Positions 8,600-19,065 of a stretch of DNA of 64,000 bases are shown piece after piece; within the stretch, counting starts at the first letter, position 1, and every line of letters begins with the position of its first letter. A model generated the notes under the pieces. It was not told where the DNA came from, did not search any database, and saw nothing but the letters and a program-made list of their open reading frames with translations. The stretch lies in the NCBI GenBank assembly GCA_047602475.1, contig JASGHE010000002.1, positions 1,830,240 through 1,894,239 of the forward strand, read 5' to 3'. Origin of the DNA: Gemmatales bacterium. Lineage in GTDB: Bacteria > Planctomycetota > Planctomycetia > Gemmatales > HRBIN36. Both the position numbers and the translations under genes were made by a program.

Positions 8600-9490
8600 A
8601 TGATGAAGCACCTTCGTCGGTTTAGTAGACTCGCGGCACTTGCAGTGCTGGCTTGCACAGCATCGCTCCACGCACAATTCACTGTCTTCGAAGCCACCGG
8701 GGCAAACCCGGCGGCCATCACTCCCACTCGAGACGCTTTCCGCACCGCCATCGGAGGCGGCACGGTGGCAGGAGCGAACGGCTCCTTTGGCGGCGTCCGC
8801 CGGGAGATTAACTGGGATGGCGTCCCCGATAGTTTTGCCGATGGCAACGCCTTGCCCGCCAACTTCTTCAATGTCAATTCACCTCGTGGCGTCGTCTTTT
8901 CCACGCCTGGTACGGGCTTCCTGGTGAGTTCCAACGCCGGCCAGCCCGCTCCGGTACTGTTTGGGTTCAGCGGCGACTTTCAAACCTTCAGTCCGCAGAG
9001 GCTGTTCACCGCCATCAGCAGCAACGTCACCGATGTGAACTTCTTTCTGCCCGGCTCGAATGTCGCTGCCGCTACCACTGCCTTCGGTGTGATCTTTACC
9101 GATGTTGAAGTGGCCGGCCTGACTCACCTCGATTTCTTTGATCAAAATAACAATCTGATCTTCACCCGGGACGCCCTGGTCGGTGGCAATCAGAGCTTGA
9201 GTTTTGTCGGAGCCATTGCCACCGGTGGTGAGTTGATCAGTCGTGTTCGCATCACCTCGGGCCTCAATACGATCGTCTCCAACGGCGTGCTCGGCAATCC
9301 CAACGACGACGTGGTGGTGATGGATGATTTCATTTTCGCCGAAGCCGTTGCTGTTCCCGAACCATCGACGATTGCTTTGACCGGACTTGGCCTGGCAGCG
9401 GTGATCGGCTTTACTGTTCGGAAGAAACGGCGTCGCAAGGCTCGTGTTGCCGGCAAATCAGCGCTGCCCAGCTTCGTAAGCCCAGCGTAG
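8600..9490 (+). CDS. PEP-CTERM sorting-domain protein (exosortase substrate)
   Basis: Signal peptide MMKHLRRFSRLAALAVLACTASLHA. C-terminal VPEPSTIALTGLGLAAVIGFTVRKKRRRK matches the PEP-CTERM motif. Confidence 0.75.
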   Translation: MMKHLRRFSRLAALAVLACTASLHAQFTVFEATGANPAAITPTRDAFRTAIGGGTVAGANGSFGGVRREINWDGVPDSFADGNALPANFFNVNSPRGVVFSTPGTGFLVSSNAGQPAPVLFGFSGDFQTFSPQRLFTAISSNVTDVNFFLPGSNVAAATTAFGVIFTDVEVAGLTHLDFFDQNNNLIFTRDALVGGNQSLSFVGAIATGGELISRVRITSGLNTIVSNGVLGNPNDDVVVMDDFIFAEAVAVPEPSTIALTGLGLAAVIGFTVRKKRRRKARVAGKSALPSFVSPA

Positions 9491-9499
9491 TAGAAGCTC

Positions 9500-9961
9500 A
9501 TGACATTCCTCGAACTGAAAGTCCCCCCGCCTCTGGTTGCACTCCTTGTGGGTGTGGCCATGTGGGGGTTGTCGCAGTTGCCGCCACAGTGGGAAGTGCC
9601 GTCGATCATTCGATATGTGGCTTTTCCGATCCCGATGCTGATGGGGCTGGCATTCGCTGTATCAGGTTTCATCGCATTTCGCCGGGCCAGGACGACGATT
9701 GATCCACTCCATCCGGGGAAAGCTACCTCTCTGGTAGACTCTGGCATCTACGGCTTCACCCGCAACCCGATGTACGTCGGCCTGTTGTTTGTCCTCCTGG
9801 GCTGGGTTATCTTCCTCGATTCGCCCTGGCCGCTGATCGGCCCGCTGGTTTTCATCGCCTGGATCAACTATTTGCAAATCATCCCGGAGGAGCGCATCCT
9901 TACACAGCTCTTTGGTGAGGCGTATCGACAGTATCAGGCTCGGGTTCGGCGTTGGTTATAG
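9500..9961 (+). CDS. isoprenylcysteine carboxyl methyltransferase (ICMT/PEMT) family membrane methyltransferase
   Basis: Multiple TM helices and the family motif GIYGFTRNPMYVG...EERIL. Confidence 0.75.
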   Translation: MTFLELKVPPPLVALLVGVAMWGLSQLPPQWEVPSIIRYVAFPIPMLMGLAFAVSGFIAFRRARTTIDPLHPGKATSLVDSGIYGFTRNPMYVGLLFVLLGWVIFLDSPWPLIGPLVFIAWINYLQIIPEERILTQLFGEAYRQYQARVRRWL

Positions 9962-9998
9962 TACTCATCAGATCATCTCACAATACTGAAGTATTCAC

Positions 9999-10026
9999 TT
10001 GACAAACATTACGCCCCGCCTAATAC
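9999..10026 (+). promoter_or_regulatory. sigma70-like promoter TTGACA-16-TAATAC upstream of the SRPBCC gene
   Basis: ttgaca at 9999-10004 and taatac at 10021-10026. A direct repeat aatactgaagta (9982-9993 and 10022-10033) overlaps the -10. RBS gagga at 10048, ATG at 10063. Confidence 0.35.
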
Positions 10027-10062
10027 TGAAGTAGAAACTTCACTATTAGAGGAACGGGCAGC

Positions 10063-10530
10063 ATGAACTCTCCTGCTGTGATTCACGACACCTTTACGAT
10101 CAAGCGAACCTACCCAGCCTCTGTGGAGCGGGTCTTCACCGCTTTTAGCCAGGCTGACAAGAAACGCCGCTGGTTCGCCGAAAGCGATAGTCATGTCGTT
10201 GAGGCCTTTCGCCAGGACTTCCAGATTGGTGGCGAGGAGCATCTGGAGTATCGCTATAAACCAGGCACGCCGTTTCCAGGAGTCGTGGTCCAAAGCCATG
10301 GCCGCTTTCTCGATATTGTTGACAACCGCCGGGTTGTTACGGCTTCCTCGATGTCGCTGGGCGGCAAACGCATCTCTGCTTCGCTGGTCACTCTTGAAGT
10401 AACTCCCACGCCAGATGGCACCGAACTGATCTGCACCTTCCAGGGCGCATTCTTCGAAGGAGCTGATGGTCCGCAAATCCGCGTCATGGGCTGGAAGCAT
10501 CTCCTGGAGAAACTAGCTGCCGCTGTCTGA
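10063..10530 (+). CDS. SRPBCC-superfamily protein (AHSA1 / activator of Hsp90 ATPase-like)
   Basis: IHDTFTIKRTYPASVERVFTAFSQADKKRRWF...VTLEVTPTPDGTELI is a typical pfam08327-like pattern. Confidence 0.75.
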   Translation: MNSPAVIHDTFTIKRTYPASVERVFTAFSQADKKRRWFAESDSHVVEAFRQDFQIGGEEHLEYRYKPGTPFPGVVVQSHGRFLDIVDNRRVVTASSMSLGGKRISASLVTLEVTPTPDGTELICTFQGAFFEGADGPQIRVMGWKHLLEKLAAAV

Positions 10531-10571
10531 AACCATTCACACTTCATTCGATCACTCCAAGGAAGAAAACC

Positions 10572-11087
10572 ATGATCCCGCTACTTATCTCCCTCCATCT
10601 GCTTTGCCCTTCGGAAGATGCTTCCCCCCGGCTTGCGGCCATCAAGAAACTGGATAACTGGGTCGGCACGTGGAAGGGTGTCGGATGGTCGATGAACGAA
10701 AAAGGTGAGCGATTTGATTTCACCATCACCGAATCGGTCCAGCGCAAAGTCGCCGGCACCGTTCTCCTTCTCGATGGGAAAGGCGTTCGCAAAAATGACC
10801 AGGGCGAAGAGATCACGACGCACGATGGGCTGGTGGTCATTTCCTACGATGAGAAGACCCATCGTTACCATTGGCATGGCTACGATGTGGGCCGTGAGCC
10901 TGTCCATTCTGAACTGAAGATGATTAACGGCGCTATGCAATGGGAAGTTCAGCCGCCCAATCGCAGTCCTACCATCCGCTTTACCATTAAGATCGAGAAC
11001 AACCGCTGGCACGAAACCGGCGAGGTTTCCCTCGACGGCAAAGCCTGGAACAAGTTCATGGAAGTCACTCTGGAGCGACAGAACTAG
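10572..11087 (+). CDS. hypothetical protein, DUF1579-like
   Basis: KLDNWVGTWKGVGW...ISYDEKTHRYHWHGYDVG...NRWHETGEVSLDGKAWNKFMEVTLER resembles the DUF1579 lipocalin-like signature. Confidence 0.5.
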   Translation: MIPLLISLHLLCPSEDASPRLAAIKKLDNWVGTWKGVGWSMNEKGERFDFTITESVQRKVAGTVLLLDGKGVRKNDQGEEITTHDGLVVISYDEKTHRYHWHGYDVGREPVHSELKMINGAMQWEVQPPNRSPTIRFTIKIENNRWHETGEVSLDGKAWNKFMEVTLERQN

Positions 11088-11101
11088 TGCATTGCCACAC
11101 T

Positions 11102-11339
11102 CAGAAACAGGGGTTATGCTTGTCAGCCCCTGATAAGGGGCGACCGGGTAGTAGCTGGCTGCGAAGCTGCCAGTTGAATGGGAAATTGAACGAAGAGCCC
11201 CGTAGGGGTGATTGGAACTTGTGTCCTGTCCCAGTCGCCCCTCCGGGGCTCAGTTGTTTGATCATTTCATACTGGCAGCTTGCGCTGCCAGCTACTACCG
11301 GGTCGCCCCTTTCAGGGGCTTCAATGCCAGGCAACCCCT
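11102..11339. repeat. Family-B large palindromic repeat (about 240 bp, nested hairpins), copy 1
   Basis: Outer IR aacaggggtt...aacccctgtt. Next level gcccctgataaggggcgac...gtcgcccctttcaggggc. Then a ctggcagc..gctgccag palindrome and an inner gagccccg..cggggctc hairpin. Copies at 26533-26730 and 38322-38445. Confidence 0.75.
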
Positions 11340-11415
11340 GTTGATAACTGTGACGAAGCACTAGCTCGTTCTCTTGATCACCTTTGTCGTTCATCACATG
11401 GGAAAAATCAACTCC

Positions 11416-11748
11416 ATGGCATACTCTGCAGCCGCCATTGATCGTGTCTTTCATGCCTTGGGTGATGCCACTCGGCGCGGCATCGTGAAACGCCTGGGCC
11501 ATGGCCCCCTGACGGTTTCCCGGTTGGCCAAGCCGCTGGACATGACTCTGACCGCGGTGGTGCAGCACCTGCAAATCCTGGAAGAGAGCGGCCTGGTAAG
11601 AACCGAAAAGACAGGAAGGGTACGCACCTGTCGGATCGAACCATCCGGGTTCTCAATCATCGAACAGTGGATCAAGGAAAATCGCGCCCTCTGGGAACGC
11701 CGTTTGGATCGCCTTGGTGAATTGCTGGCGGAGGAAGATCAACTGTAG
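11416..11748 (+). CDS. ArsR/SmtB-family transcriptional regulator
   Basis: IDRVFHALGDATRRGIVKRLGHGPLTVSRLAKPLDMTLTAVVQHLQILEESGLV is an HTH. The alternative start at 11374 is upstream in frame. Confidence 0.75.
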   Translation: MAYSAAAIDRVFHALGDATRRGIVKRLGHGPLTVSRLAKPLDMTLTAVVQHLQILEESGLVRTEKTGRVRTCRIEPSGFSIIEQWIKENRALWERRLDRLGELLAEEDQL

Positions 11749-11791
11749 CTGCAACTCATGCCCGGTCTTCGACCAGGGACGAGAATGGAGG

Positions 11792-13129
11792 TCACTTCTT
11801 CCCCGCCGGGCGATTGGATCGAGAATTGCCACGGTTGCCGGGGATGCTGATGCGGAAGTCGTGCAGGAGTTCTTCGCCGGCGGTGTTGGTGATGCTGATG
11901 ATGACGTCGACTGATTCGTCTTCGATCCTGGGGGGCACCTGCCAGGTGACCACGCCCTGAGCGTTGACTTTCAGGCCGCTCGGCCCGGCTTCGACACGGT
12001 ACTTCACCCCTGGCTGTTTGGAACGCACTTCGATGGGATAGGTGTAGACCGTTCCCTTGGGTGCGGTGATCTTGGGCGTCGACATCACAAAGAAGTAATC
12101 GATCTCGGACTTCTTCAACAGTTCATCAATATCAACCTTGTACAGGATCAGTCGATCATTGTTGTTAGGAATGAGGATCGCGGTTTTGGCTTCAGCGATG
12201 AAATATACTCGCTTGTCAAAGCCCATCTTGTTCGAGCGATTGCCTAATTCGATGGAGACTTCCGAGAGATCAATGTTATCGAGATTGGCGATGGGCCGGG
12301 AAGTGCTGGCCAGGTTCAGCGTGACCTGCACCCCCGATTCGCCGGGAGGCGGCTTCGTGCCCCGATTCATCACACTGGGCGGTTGACAATCGAGATACCA
12401 GTTCTCCCTGGTCGAAGGAATGGGATAGTGCCCGTTCATCCGCGCGCCGCCGTTTCGGCTTTGGCCGGAGAGCGGTTTGCCTTCGTAGGTGTAGAGCCCG
12501 CTGGGCGTATAAATAATGCGGCCATCGTGGCTGGGCAGCAGGTAGCCGGGAGACGTATGTTCGTAATAGTGTTGCACGCCGGAAGCATTGATAACAAAGG
12601 TGCGCAGGCCGCTGGGTGAAAGCCCCGGCGTCCAACTCGTGAACACCACGCCGCCACCTGAAAAGCGTACCTGGGGCGGATACGTTGCCATCATGCCCGT
12701 TTCCTGCGAACGGATCGGCAATTCCTGCAGGCTGATGCTGCTCAGGAAAATCGCTCCGCGCAATGCGCCGGGGTTCTGCTGCTTCGGCGAAAAAACAAGC
12801 ACGCCATCAACATCGCTACCCGTGCCCATGTACCCGGCGCCGCTGCTGCCCGGCAGTGGGATCGTCTTCTCCCGTTCAAAGGTGTGCAGGTCATACTTCT
12901 GAAGCATGTTCTTTTTCGGCAGGGCAATGAAGAGCTTATTCAGGCTGGCAGCCATCAACGCGTCTTCATCATCCACGGAAAGATACTTGACCACCTTGGC
13001 TTCGCTCACATCGAAGATCGCCGCCTGCCTGACCAGGGGAAGGTGAAGAATAAAGAAACGTCCGCCGCCGCCGACGGTGACATCCGCCACTGAGCCGGGT
13101 AGCTTGATCTCTTTCCTCTCTTCCATCAA
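11792..13129 (-). CDS. hypothetical secreted protein, beta-propeller-like N-terminal region plus C-terminal Ig/cadherin-like domain
   Basis: 445 aa. Its start overlaps the stop of the upstream protease gene by 4 nt (ATGA). The C-terminus ...TAPKGTVYTYPIEVRS...YRVEAGPSGLKVNAQGVVTWQVP has an Ig-like pattern. Confidence 0.5.
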   Translation of the reverse strand: MMEERKEIKLPGSVADVTVGGGGRFFILHLPLVRQAAIFDVSEAKVVKYLSVDDEDALMAASLNKLFIALPKKNMLQKYDLHTFEREKTIPLPGSSGAGYMGTGSDVDGVLVFSPKQQNPGALRGAIFLSSISLQELPIRSQETGMMATYPPQVRFSGGGVVFTSWTPGLSPSGLRTFVINASGVQHYYEHTSPGYLLPSHDGRIIYTPSGLYTYEGKPLSGQSRNGGARMNGHYPIPSTRENWYLDCQPPSVMNRGTKPPPGESGVQVTLNLASTSRPIANLDNIDLSEVSIELGNRSNKMGFDKRVYFIAEAKTAILIPNNNDRLILYKVDIDELLKKSEIDYFFVMSTPKITAPKGTVYTYPIEVRSKQPGVKYRVEAGPSGLKVNAQGVVTWQVPPRIEDESVDVIISITNTAGEELLHDFRISIPGNRGNSRSNRPAGKK

Positions 13130-14529
13130 AGGTGGAGCGATGCGTGTACGCGCTCTGGCGCAGCCGTGATTGGCCCAGAAGATTCTTTGGCTGATGATTC
13201 TTTGCCCGAACCTTCCTTGCCCATTTCCCTGGCTTCAGCGCCCGTCCCCTTGCCTCCGCCCATTTCATCAGCCATCTCGATCAGGCTTTTGAAGATCACG
13301 TTGTAAGAAACGCTGGCCAGTTCCTTGTTCTGCTGCGAGGCGGTGACCTTGGCTGACATCGATTCCGGGCCGGCTTCATGCGTAACCTTGAGCTCTTTGA
13401 GCTTCGTCAAATCCAAATCCAGTTCCTTGCCCGCCATGAGTAAGGCAAAGCGTTCCTTCGTCGAAAGAGGGCCGGAGACTTCGGTGCCATTGACGAGCCT
13501 AGCCTTGCAGATCGTGGAGTTCACCAGGTCCTTGATCTCCTTCAGTGGGTAACTCTTCTCCCCGATGCGGAGGATAGCCGTGTCCAAAGCCTTGGCGGAA
13601 ATCGAATCATCGCCGATGACCGCGGTGACCGCCAACTGTTTGGGGCCGGTGGGGGCCGGCATCGGAATAACCTTCACTCGATAGTTCGCCCCCTCCTTCT
13701 TCATCGGAACATGCTGCTCTGGCAAATTGCCGACCTTCAGATGCAGCATTACTGCGAACTCATCGTTGGGCTGCATGGAGATGACCTGTGCGGTAAACTC
13801 ATGCTCCTTGGTCAGTTCCGTTTTGCCGATGTTGGGCATAGCGAACTTGATGTCGGGCTTCTTCATCAGTTCAGCAGCATACTCGGTAGGCACCGCGAAA
13901 TGCACGCCGCTTCCCTTGATACCCGCCACCACAATGCCGACGACCTGGCCCTGGCGGTTGAGCAGCGGCCCGCCTGAGTTGCCGGGGTTGACCGAAGCAT
14001 CGATCTGGATCAGTTCCAGGACACGATCTTTTCGGCGGAGCGAGGTGACCTTGCCTGAGTTCACACTGATAGTCGGATGGTTCTTGCCGTCAGAAGAAAG
14101 GGAGTGCCCGAACGGAAAGCCAAAGGCATAAATCTCGTTCAGTTCGTTCAGCAGCTCGGAGGGGCTCAGGGCGAGAGGTTTGATATCGATTTTCTCGCTG
14201 GTCTGGAGCAGGGCCAGGTCATGCTTTTCATCGGTGCGAACCACCTTGGCAGTGATGACCTTTTCATTGGGCAGCCCCGAATTGATAACCAGCTTGATCG
14301 GCCCTGCTTTGGGTTTTTGTCCTGCAATCACATGATTGTTGGTGATAAACCAGCCATCTTGATGAACGCAGAAAGCTGTCCCTTCGCCAAACTCCGGGAC
14401 CATGACCAGCACGGTAGAGGCTTTCCCCTTACGACTGATTTCATCCAGACTGATGTCCTGCTGGAATGGAGCAGCGCCATAAGCCACTGAAATGAGCATC
14501 AAAGTAAACAAGACTGCACCATGTCGCAT
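13126..14529 (-). CDS. trypsin-like serine protease (S1C / DegP-family protease domain), secreted
   Basis: Signal peptide. Catalytic-triad context TAFCVHQDGWFITNNHV (His), DLALL (Asp), GNSGGPLLN (Ser). Confidence 0.8.
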   Translation of the reverse strand: MRHGAVLFTLMLISVAYGAAPFQQDISLDEISRKGKASTVLVMVPEFGEGTAFCVHQDGWFITNNHVIAGQKPKAGPIKLVINSGLPNEKVITAKVVRTDEKHDLALLQTSEKIDIKPLALSPSELLNELNEIYAFGFPFGHSLSSDGKNHPTISVNSGKVTSLRRKDRVLELIQIDASVNPGNSGGPLLNRQGQVVGIVVAGIKGSGVHFAVPTEYAAELMKKPDIKFAMPNIGKTELTKEHEFTAQVISMQPNDEFAVMLHLKVGNLPEQHVPMKKEGANYRVKVIPMPAPTGPKQLAVTAVIGDDSISAKALDTAILRIGEKSYPLKEIKDLVNSTICKARLVNGTEVSGPLSTKERFALLMAGKELDLDLTKLKELKVTHEAGPESMSAKVTASQQNKELASVSYNVIFKSLIEMADEMGGGKGTGAEAREMGKEGSGKESSAKESSGPITAAPERVHASLHL

Positions 14530-14611
14530 TGCTGATCATCCTGCTGATGTAGATGGACAATCGTACTGTGAAAAACGGGGGACAGGCAACAAGAAAATGA
14601 TGGGCATCTTT

Positions 14612-14779
14612 CTCCCTCTCCCCCTTGGGGAGAGGGGCCGGGGGTGAGGGGTTTCATAATCGACGAAGCCAGGTTTGAAAACCTTGATCGCTCGCCAGCA
14701 AAAATACCAACACGGGTGAACTCGATTGAGGATCTTCCCTCACCCCTAACCCCTCTCCCAGGTGGGGAGAGGGGAACCG
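14612..14779. repeat. Family-C MITE-like element (terminal inverted repeats ccctctcccNNNgggagagggg-YYgggggtgagggg), copy 1
   Basis: Left arm ctccctctcccccttggggagaggggccgggggtgagggg. Right arm is the reverse complement cctcacccctaacccctctcccaggtggggagagggg. Internal core ...gatcg...aaataccaacac... Confidence 0.75.
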
Positions 14780-14904
14780 GACATCATGAGAGTTCCGTTT
14801 TGAATGTTGTTTCCCATGTGTTCATCAAGTAGAATTCCTCATCTCACCACAACGTCCCTATCCAAAAGTGAGATCAGGGAACCAGCCTACTGTCGAGACG
14901 ATCC

Positions 14905-16173
14905 ATGCTTTTGCGTTTTTTGATTGGTGCCGTCACTCTCTTCCTCGTTCTTGCTTCGCTTCACGCCGACAACTGGCCGCAGTGGCGGGGGATTTCGGGA
15001 GATGGCATCAGCAAAGAGACAGGCGTGCCGAGTAAATGGTCGAAGGAGGAGAACATCCTCTGGAGCGTGCCGCTACCGGGCATGGGCGGATCCACGCCGG
15101 TCATCTGGGGCGACAGACTCTTCCTCACCACCGAGAACAAAGACAAGTCGCTGTCACTGATGTGCTACAGCACCAAGGACGGCAAGGAATTCTGGTCGAA
15201 ACAGATCACTGCCAAGAAGGGCGGCCGGGCACGGGGCGACGAGGGCAACGCCGCTTCGTCTTCCCCCTGCACCGATGGCAAGCACATCTACGTCTTCGTC
15301 GGCACCGGCGAGTTTGCCTGCTACGATTTCGACGGCAACGAGGTCTGGAAGTTCGATACCCAGGAACGCTACGGCAAGTTCAACATTCAGTTCGGCGTCA
15401 GTTCCACCCCCGTGCTTCACGACGGCAAGCTCTATTGGCAACTGCTCCACACCGTGCTCTAGTGGGTGATCTGCCTCAACGCTGCCGACGGCAAGGATGT
15501 GTGGAAGATCAAACGGCCCAGCGATGGCACCGATGAGAATCCCCACTCCTATGCCTCGGCTCAACTCTGGCACAAGGGCGACAACGCCTACCTTGTCGTG
15601 CATGGCAACGACTACACCACCGCCCACGACCTGAAAGACGGCCACGAGATTCGGCGGCTCACCGGGCTGAACCCTGCTGAGAAGTACAACAAGTTCCTTC
15701 GTTTCGTCGCCTCGCCGCTGGTGACGCCCGACCTGATCATCGTCCCCACCGCCAAGAACGGCCCGGTGGTGGCAGTGAAACCCAATGCTCAGGGCGAGTT
15801 TGGTCCTGGTAGTTCCTATGAACAATGGCGCATGGAACGGGTAACCCCCGATGTCCCCTGTCCACTCCTCGTCGATGGGCTCGTGTTTCTTTGTAATGAA
15901 GGTGGCGTCTTCACCTGCATTGATGCTGAGACGGGGAAAGAGCAGTTCAAGCAGCGGCTCTATTCCAACCGCTATCGCGCTTCGCCGATCTATGCCGATG
16001 GAAAGATTTACTGCACCGCTCGTGATGGGACGATCACCGTACTGAAGGTAGGCAAGACGTTTGAACCGATCAGCGTCAACAAGCTGCCCGACCAGGTGAC
16101 CGCTTCGCCGATCGTCTCCGGGGGCAAGATTTATGTGCGCGGCTTCGAGAAGCTGTGGTGTATTGGGAAGTAG
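14905..16173 (+). pseudogene. PQQ-like beta-propeller repeat protein (BamB-like) interrupted by one in-frame TAG at 15463-15465
   Basis: ORFs 14905..15462 and 15466..16173 are in the same frame and separated only by TAG. Propeller blades continue across the stop (EFACYDFDGNEVWK / VICLNAADGKDVWK / GGVFTCIDAETGKEQFK). Signal peptide at the N-terminus. Confidence 0.65.
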
Positions 16174-16184
16174 GGATTGTCTGG

Positions 16185-16335
16185 TTCCCCTCTCCCTCCT
16201 GGGGAGAGGGGCTAGGGGTGAGGGGTTCTTAGATCGAGTACACCCCGGTTGGTATTTCTTCTCTTCGAGTTTTATTGGTTCTATACCTGGCTGTGTCGAT
16301 TTAGAAACCCCTCTCCCCGAGAGGGAGAGGGGAGA
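16185..16335. repeat. Family-C MITE-like element, copy 2
   Basis: Left arm ttcccctctccctcctggggagaggggctaggggtgagggg plus core ttcttagatcga... and a right arm cccctctccccgagagggagagggg. Confidence 0.7.
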
Positions 16336-16344
16336 AATACTTCC

Positions 16345-18181
16345 TTACTTCTTCAGTATCCCGCCCAACTGTTGCCGAATGAGGAACCCTGGTCCCGGTG
16401 GCTTCAACTCCTCCGGCGACTTGGCCTGTCGCTGAAAGCTCACTTCGAAGAAGGCGATGCACATCTCATCAGTGGTATCCTCGCCCCAACTAATCTTCTT
16501 GGGCGGATCGTTCGGGTTGTTGGCATTGCTAGCTGAGTTATCGAAGTGGGCTACCATGTCGAGGCGAGTGCCTTTGGGTAAGGCGATTCTCTCCTTGTAG
16601 CGGTAACTCTCCTGCCAGTTGAAATCCCAATCGTTCACATAGATCAGCGGCTTCTTCGTGCCATCAGGCAGCGTGGCGACCACCTTCATGTCCTTGCCAA
16701 TGAGATGCATGTGGGGCGTGGTGGAGTAGAAGTAGTAATCGTCAGCGAGGGTGAGAGACGACTTGCTTTCGTACTGGCTGTTGCCGGCGGGGATGTTGAG
16801 GCCGCCGAACCGGGTGCGAACAGGCAGCACCAGCAGATCGAAGATGCCGCGCGTCACTTCGCCCTTGGCGTAATAGAAGCCGACCTGAGTTTGATCGATT
16901 TCAGTCTTGCCCGATTTGTGGTAATGCACCTGCATGACGATCTTCGCGCCCTTGGGTAGATGTCGAGCGGTGCCTTCCGGCATCAGGCGACCGGTGTTGC
17001 CGGGAGCCCAGCCACCCAGACCGCCGGCGGGGACGAAGCCAGGGAAGCCTGCCACGGAGGAGTAACCGGGAGCGGGATCAAGCGCATCGAGCTTTTCGCT
17101 CATGCCACTGGTATCGATGAAGAGCAGAACGTGATGCACCACTTTCTTGTTTCCAGGCATCACCTCGAAGCCGGCTGATGTACTTGTCTTCGGTGAAGTT
17201 GGTCGGCAGCACGAAGCAGCGATAGACGTCCTGGCCGGCAGCAGAGAGGGTGTACTTCTCGGTGGGTTGCAGGATGAGGTCAGGCTTGCCATGCATCCAC
17301 TGGTCGTTGTAGACCTTGAGAACAGGCAGGTCTTTGGCATCGCCTCGGGGGCAATCAGCAGCGAGCCAATCAGCGAGCACTTTCTTGTCAGCGTCGCTCA
17401 TGCGGCGGTCATTGTCGAACTCGCCATGCCCAGGCACAGCTTTCCACGGTGGCATTTGCCCCGACTGAGTCATAGCCACGAGGTCAGGAGCCCACGACTT
17501 GGCTGATTCATAGTCACTCAGAACGAACGGCCCGACGCCACCGGTACGATGGCAACCGACACAGCGATCCTGAAGTATTGCAGCCACATGCTTGGTGTAG
17601 GTGACGCCGTTCTTGGCATTCGCAGCAGGTTCCTTCTCGATAGTGGGCAGCGGACAACCGATGGGCTGGATGTAGCTCTTGGCCGGCGTCTTACCTGCCT
17701 GCACTGCCAGCAGGACATCCTTCAGATCATGTTGACGAGGTTCCCGTGCCGAGCCGCCCCGCTTGGTGTAGCGATCATCGATGCGACCACGGTAAACGAC
17801 TTTGCCTTCTTTGGTGAGGACGACGACTTCGGGCACCATGCTGACTGCGAGTTGCCGGGCCAGGTCGCCGCTCGCATCCCGGCTGGCGGTGCTTGGTAAC
17901 TGAAACTCTTTGGCGTGGGTGGCGACCTTCTCACGGGAGATCGCTTCGGGATAGACGACGATCCAGTTCACCTCTTTGCCAACTGCTTCCTCGCTCATCT
18001 TCTTGAGCACCGGCACATAGCCGTTCGAGACGGGGCATTCGGGGGAAAGAAAGACGACAACGGTCGTTCGATCATTGGCCGCCAAGCGGAAGCTGACCGA
18101 TTGGCCATCGAGTTTCTCGATGGAGGCAGTGGGCCAGGCATCGGGTGATATCATCAATAAGCAAGCCAGCATGGTCGTCAT
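16345..18181 (-). pseudogene. redoxin/thioredoxin-like + cytochrome c (CxxCH) + copper type-II ascorbate-dependent-monooxygenase-like protein. Single frameshift near 17165
   Basis: The upstream frame ends ...VYRCFVLPTNFTEDKYIS then reads garbage. The downstream frame resumes GFEVMPGNKKVVHHVLLFID...HMHLIG...WDFNWQ...DEMCIAFFE (PHM/DBH-like His/Met ligands). Motifs LSPECPVSNGY (redoxin) and LQDRCVGCHRTGG (heme c) are present. Confidence 0.6.
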
Positions 18182-19065
18182 GGTCGGTTATCCTCCTGAG
18201 CAGGCAACACGAGGCGGTTCGCGGCATGGTGAGCGCTATGCTCGTACCAATCGCCCGCCATCGGGTTTTGTTGATGGAGCGTCAGTTTCATGTCGAAAGG
18301 CTCATCGCCCGGTTGTTTGAGATTCCAGTGCAGAAGCAGTTGCTGAATGATGCCGGACTTGGCGATGATCTCGACCCGCGCCGGCAGAAAGTCCGTCGTC
18401 GGCGTCTTCTGCTCGGTCACCAGGTGCTTCATGCCCGGCACATCGTTCACCAGTCGTGGTGTAGTATAGCGTGACTCAAGCCTTCGTGTCACGGTAGAAA
18501 GGTGCAACAGGGGCAATGCCAACTGTTGCTGCCGCTGGAGTTGAGCGAGCAACCAATCGGCCTGACGGTTGACAAGCACGGGGCCAAGGGCAGGGGCGAT
18601 CCAGAAGTCGGTTCCGTTGCTGCCGACCCAAACGTACTGATCGAGGGCGGGAATGATCGCCGGCACTCGGAGAGTGAACCGGTCGCCGCCGTTGACCCAG
18701 AGCACACCCTTAAGCTTCACCCGTCCGGTAGTTTCGATGTGATACTCTCGATCGACCCGGACTTCGGTGTTGGCGATGACTTCGCGCAGAATCTCGGTCG
18801 CGCTCGATTCATTGGGCCAGACAGTCAGCATGCAGATGACGATGCTGGCGGCGATGATCGTAACGATAGCGGAAAGCCAGCGACGGCGAACAGGGGAAGC
18901 TACTGTCGTGGGTATGATCACTGTTTCGTCAACGGCTCGGCGGGAGCCTCGCCCTCCCGGTTCCTCGCACTGTGCAAGTGCCTTCTGAAGAACTGGTTCG
19001 ATCTTCGTGGGGTGGTACGTCTCACGGAGCAGTTCATCGATGAATCGTTCGTCCAGCGGGTTCAT
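18178..19065 (-). CDS. putative membrane anti-sigma factor
   Basis: Start overlaps the stop of the upstream ECF sigma gene (ATGA). Cytoplasmic N-terminus, one TM helix (WLSAIVTIIAASIVICMLTVW), periplasmic C-terminal domain. Confidence 0.5.
   Translation of the reverse strand: MNPLDERFIDELLRETYHPTKIEPVLQKALAQCEEPGGRGSRRAVDETVIIPTTVASPVRRRWLSAIVTIIAASIVICMLTVWPNESSATEILREVIANTEVRVDREYHIETTGRVKLKGVLWVNGGDRFTLRVPAIIPALDQYVWVGSNGTDFWIAPALGPVLVNRQADWLLAQLQRQQQLALPLLHLSTVTRRLESRYTTPRLVNDVPGMKHLVTEQKTPTTDFLPARVEIIAKSGIIQQLLLHWNLKQPGDEPFDMKLTLHQQNPMAGDWYEHSAHHAANRLVLPAQEDNRP

Noticed and set aside
10009-10500. 163-aa minus-strand ORF
   Set aside because: Antisense to the SRPBCC gene.
11087-11344. 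Small ORFs lying entirely within palindromic repeats (also 26490..26735, 30566..30763, 32836..33318, 36351..36698, 28860..29153)
   Set aside because: They are translations of Family-B and Family-C repeat DNA (recurring peptides such as SPLSPGGRGVGGEG). They are repeated with the elements and have no coding signal.
15154-15825. 223-aa minus-strand ORF
   Set aside because: Antisense to the PQQ-propeller gene.
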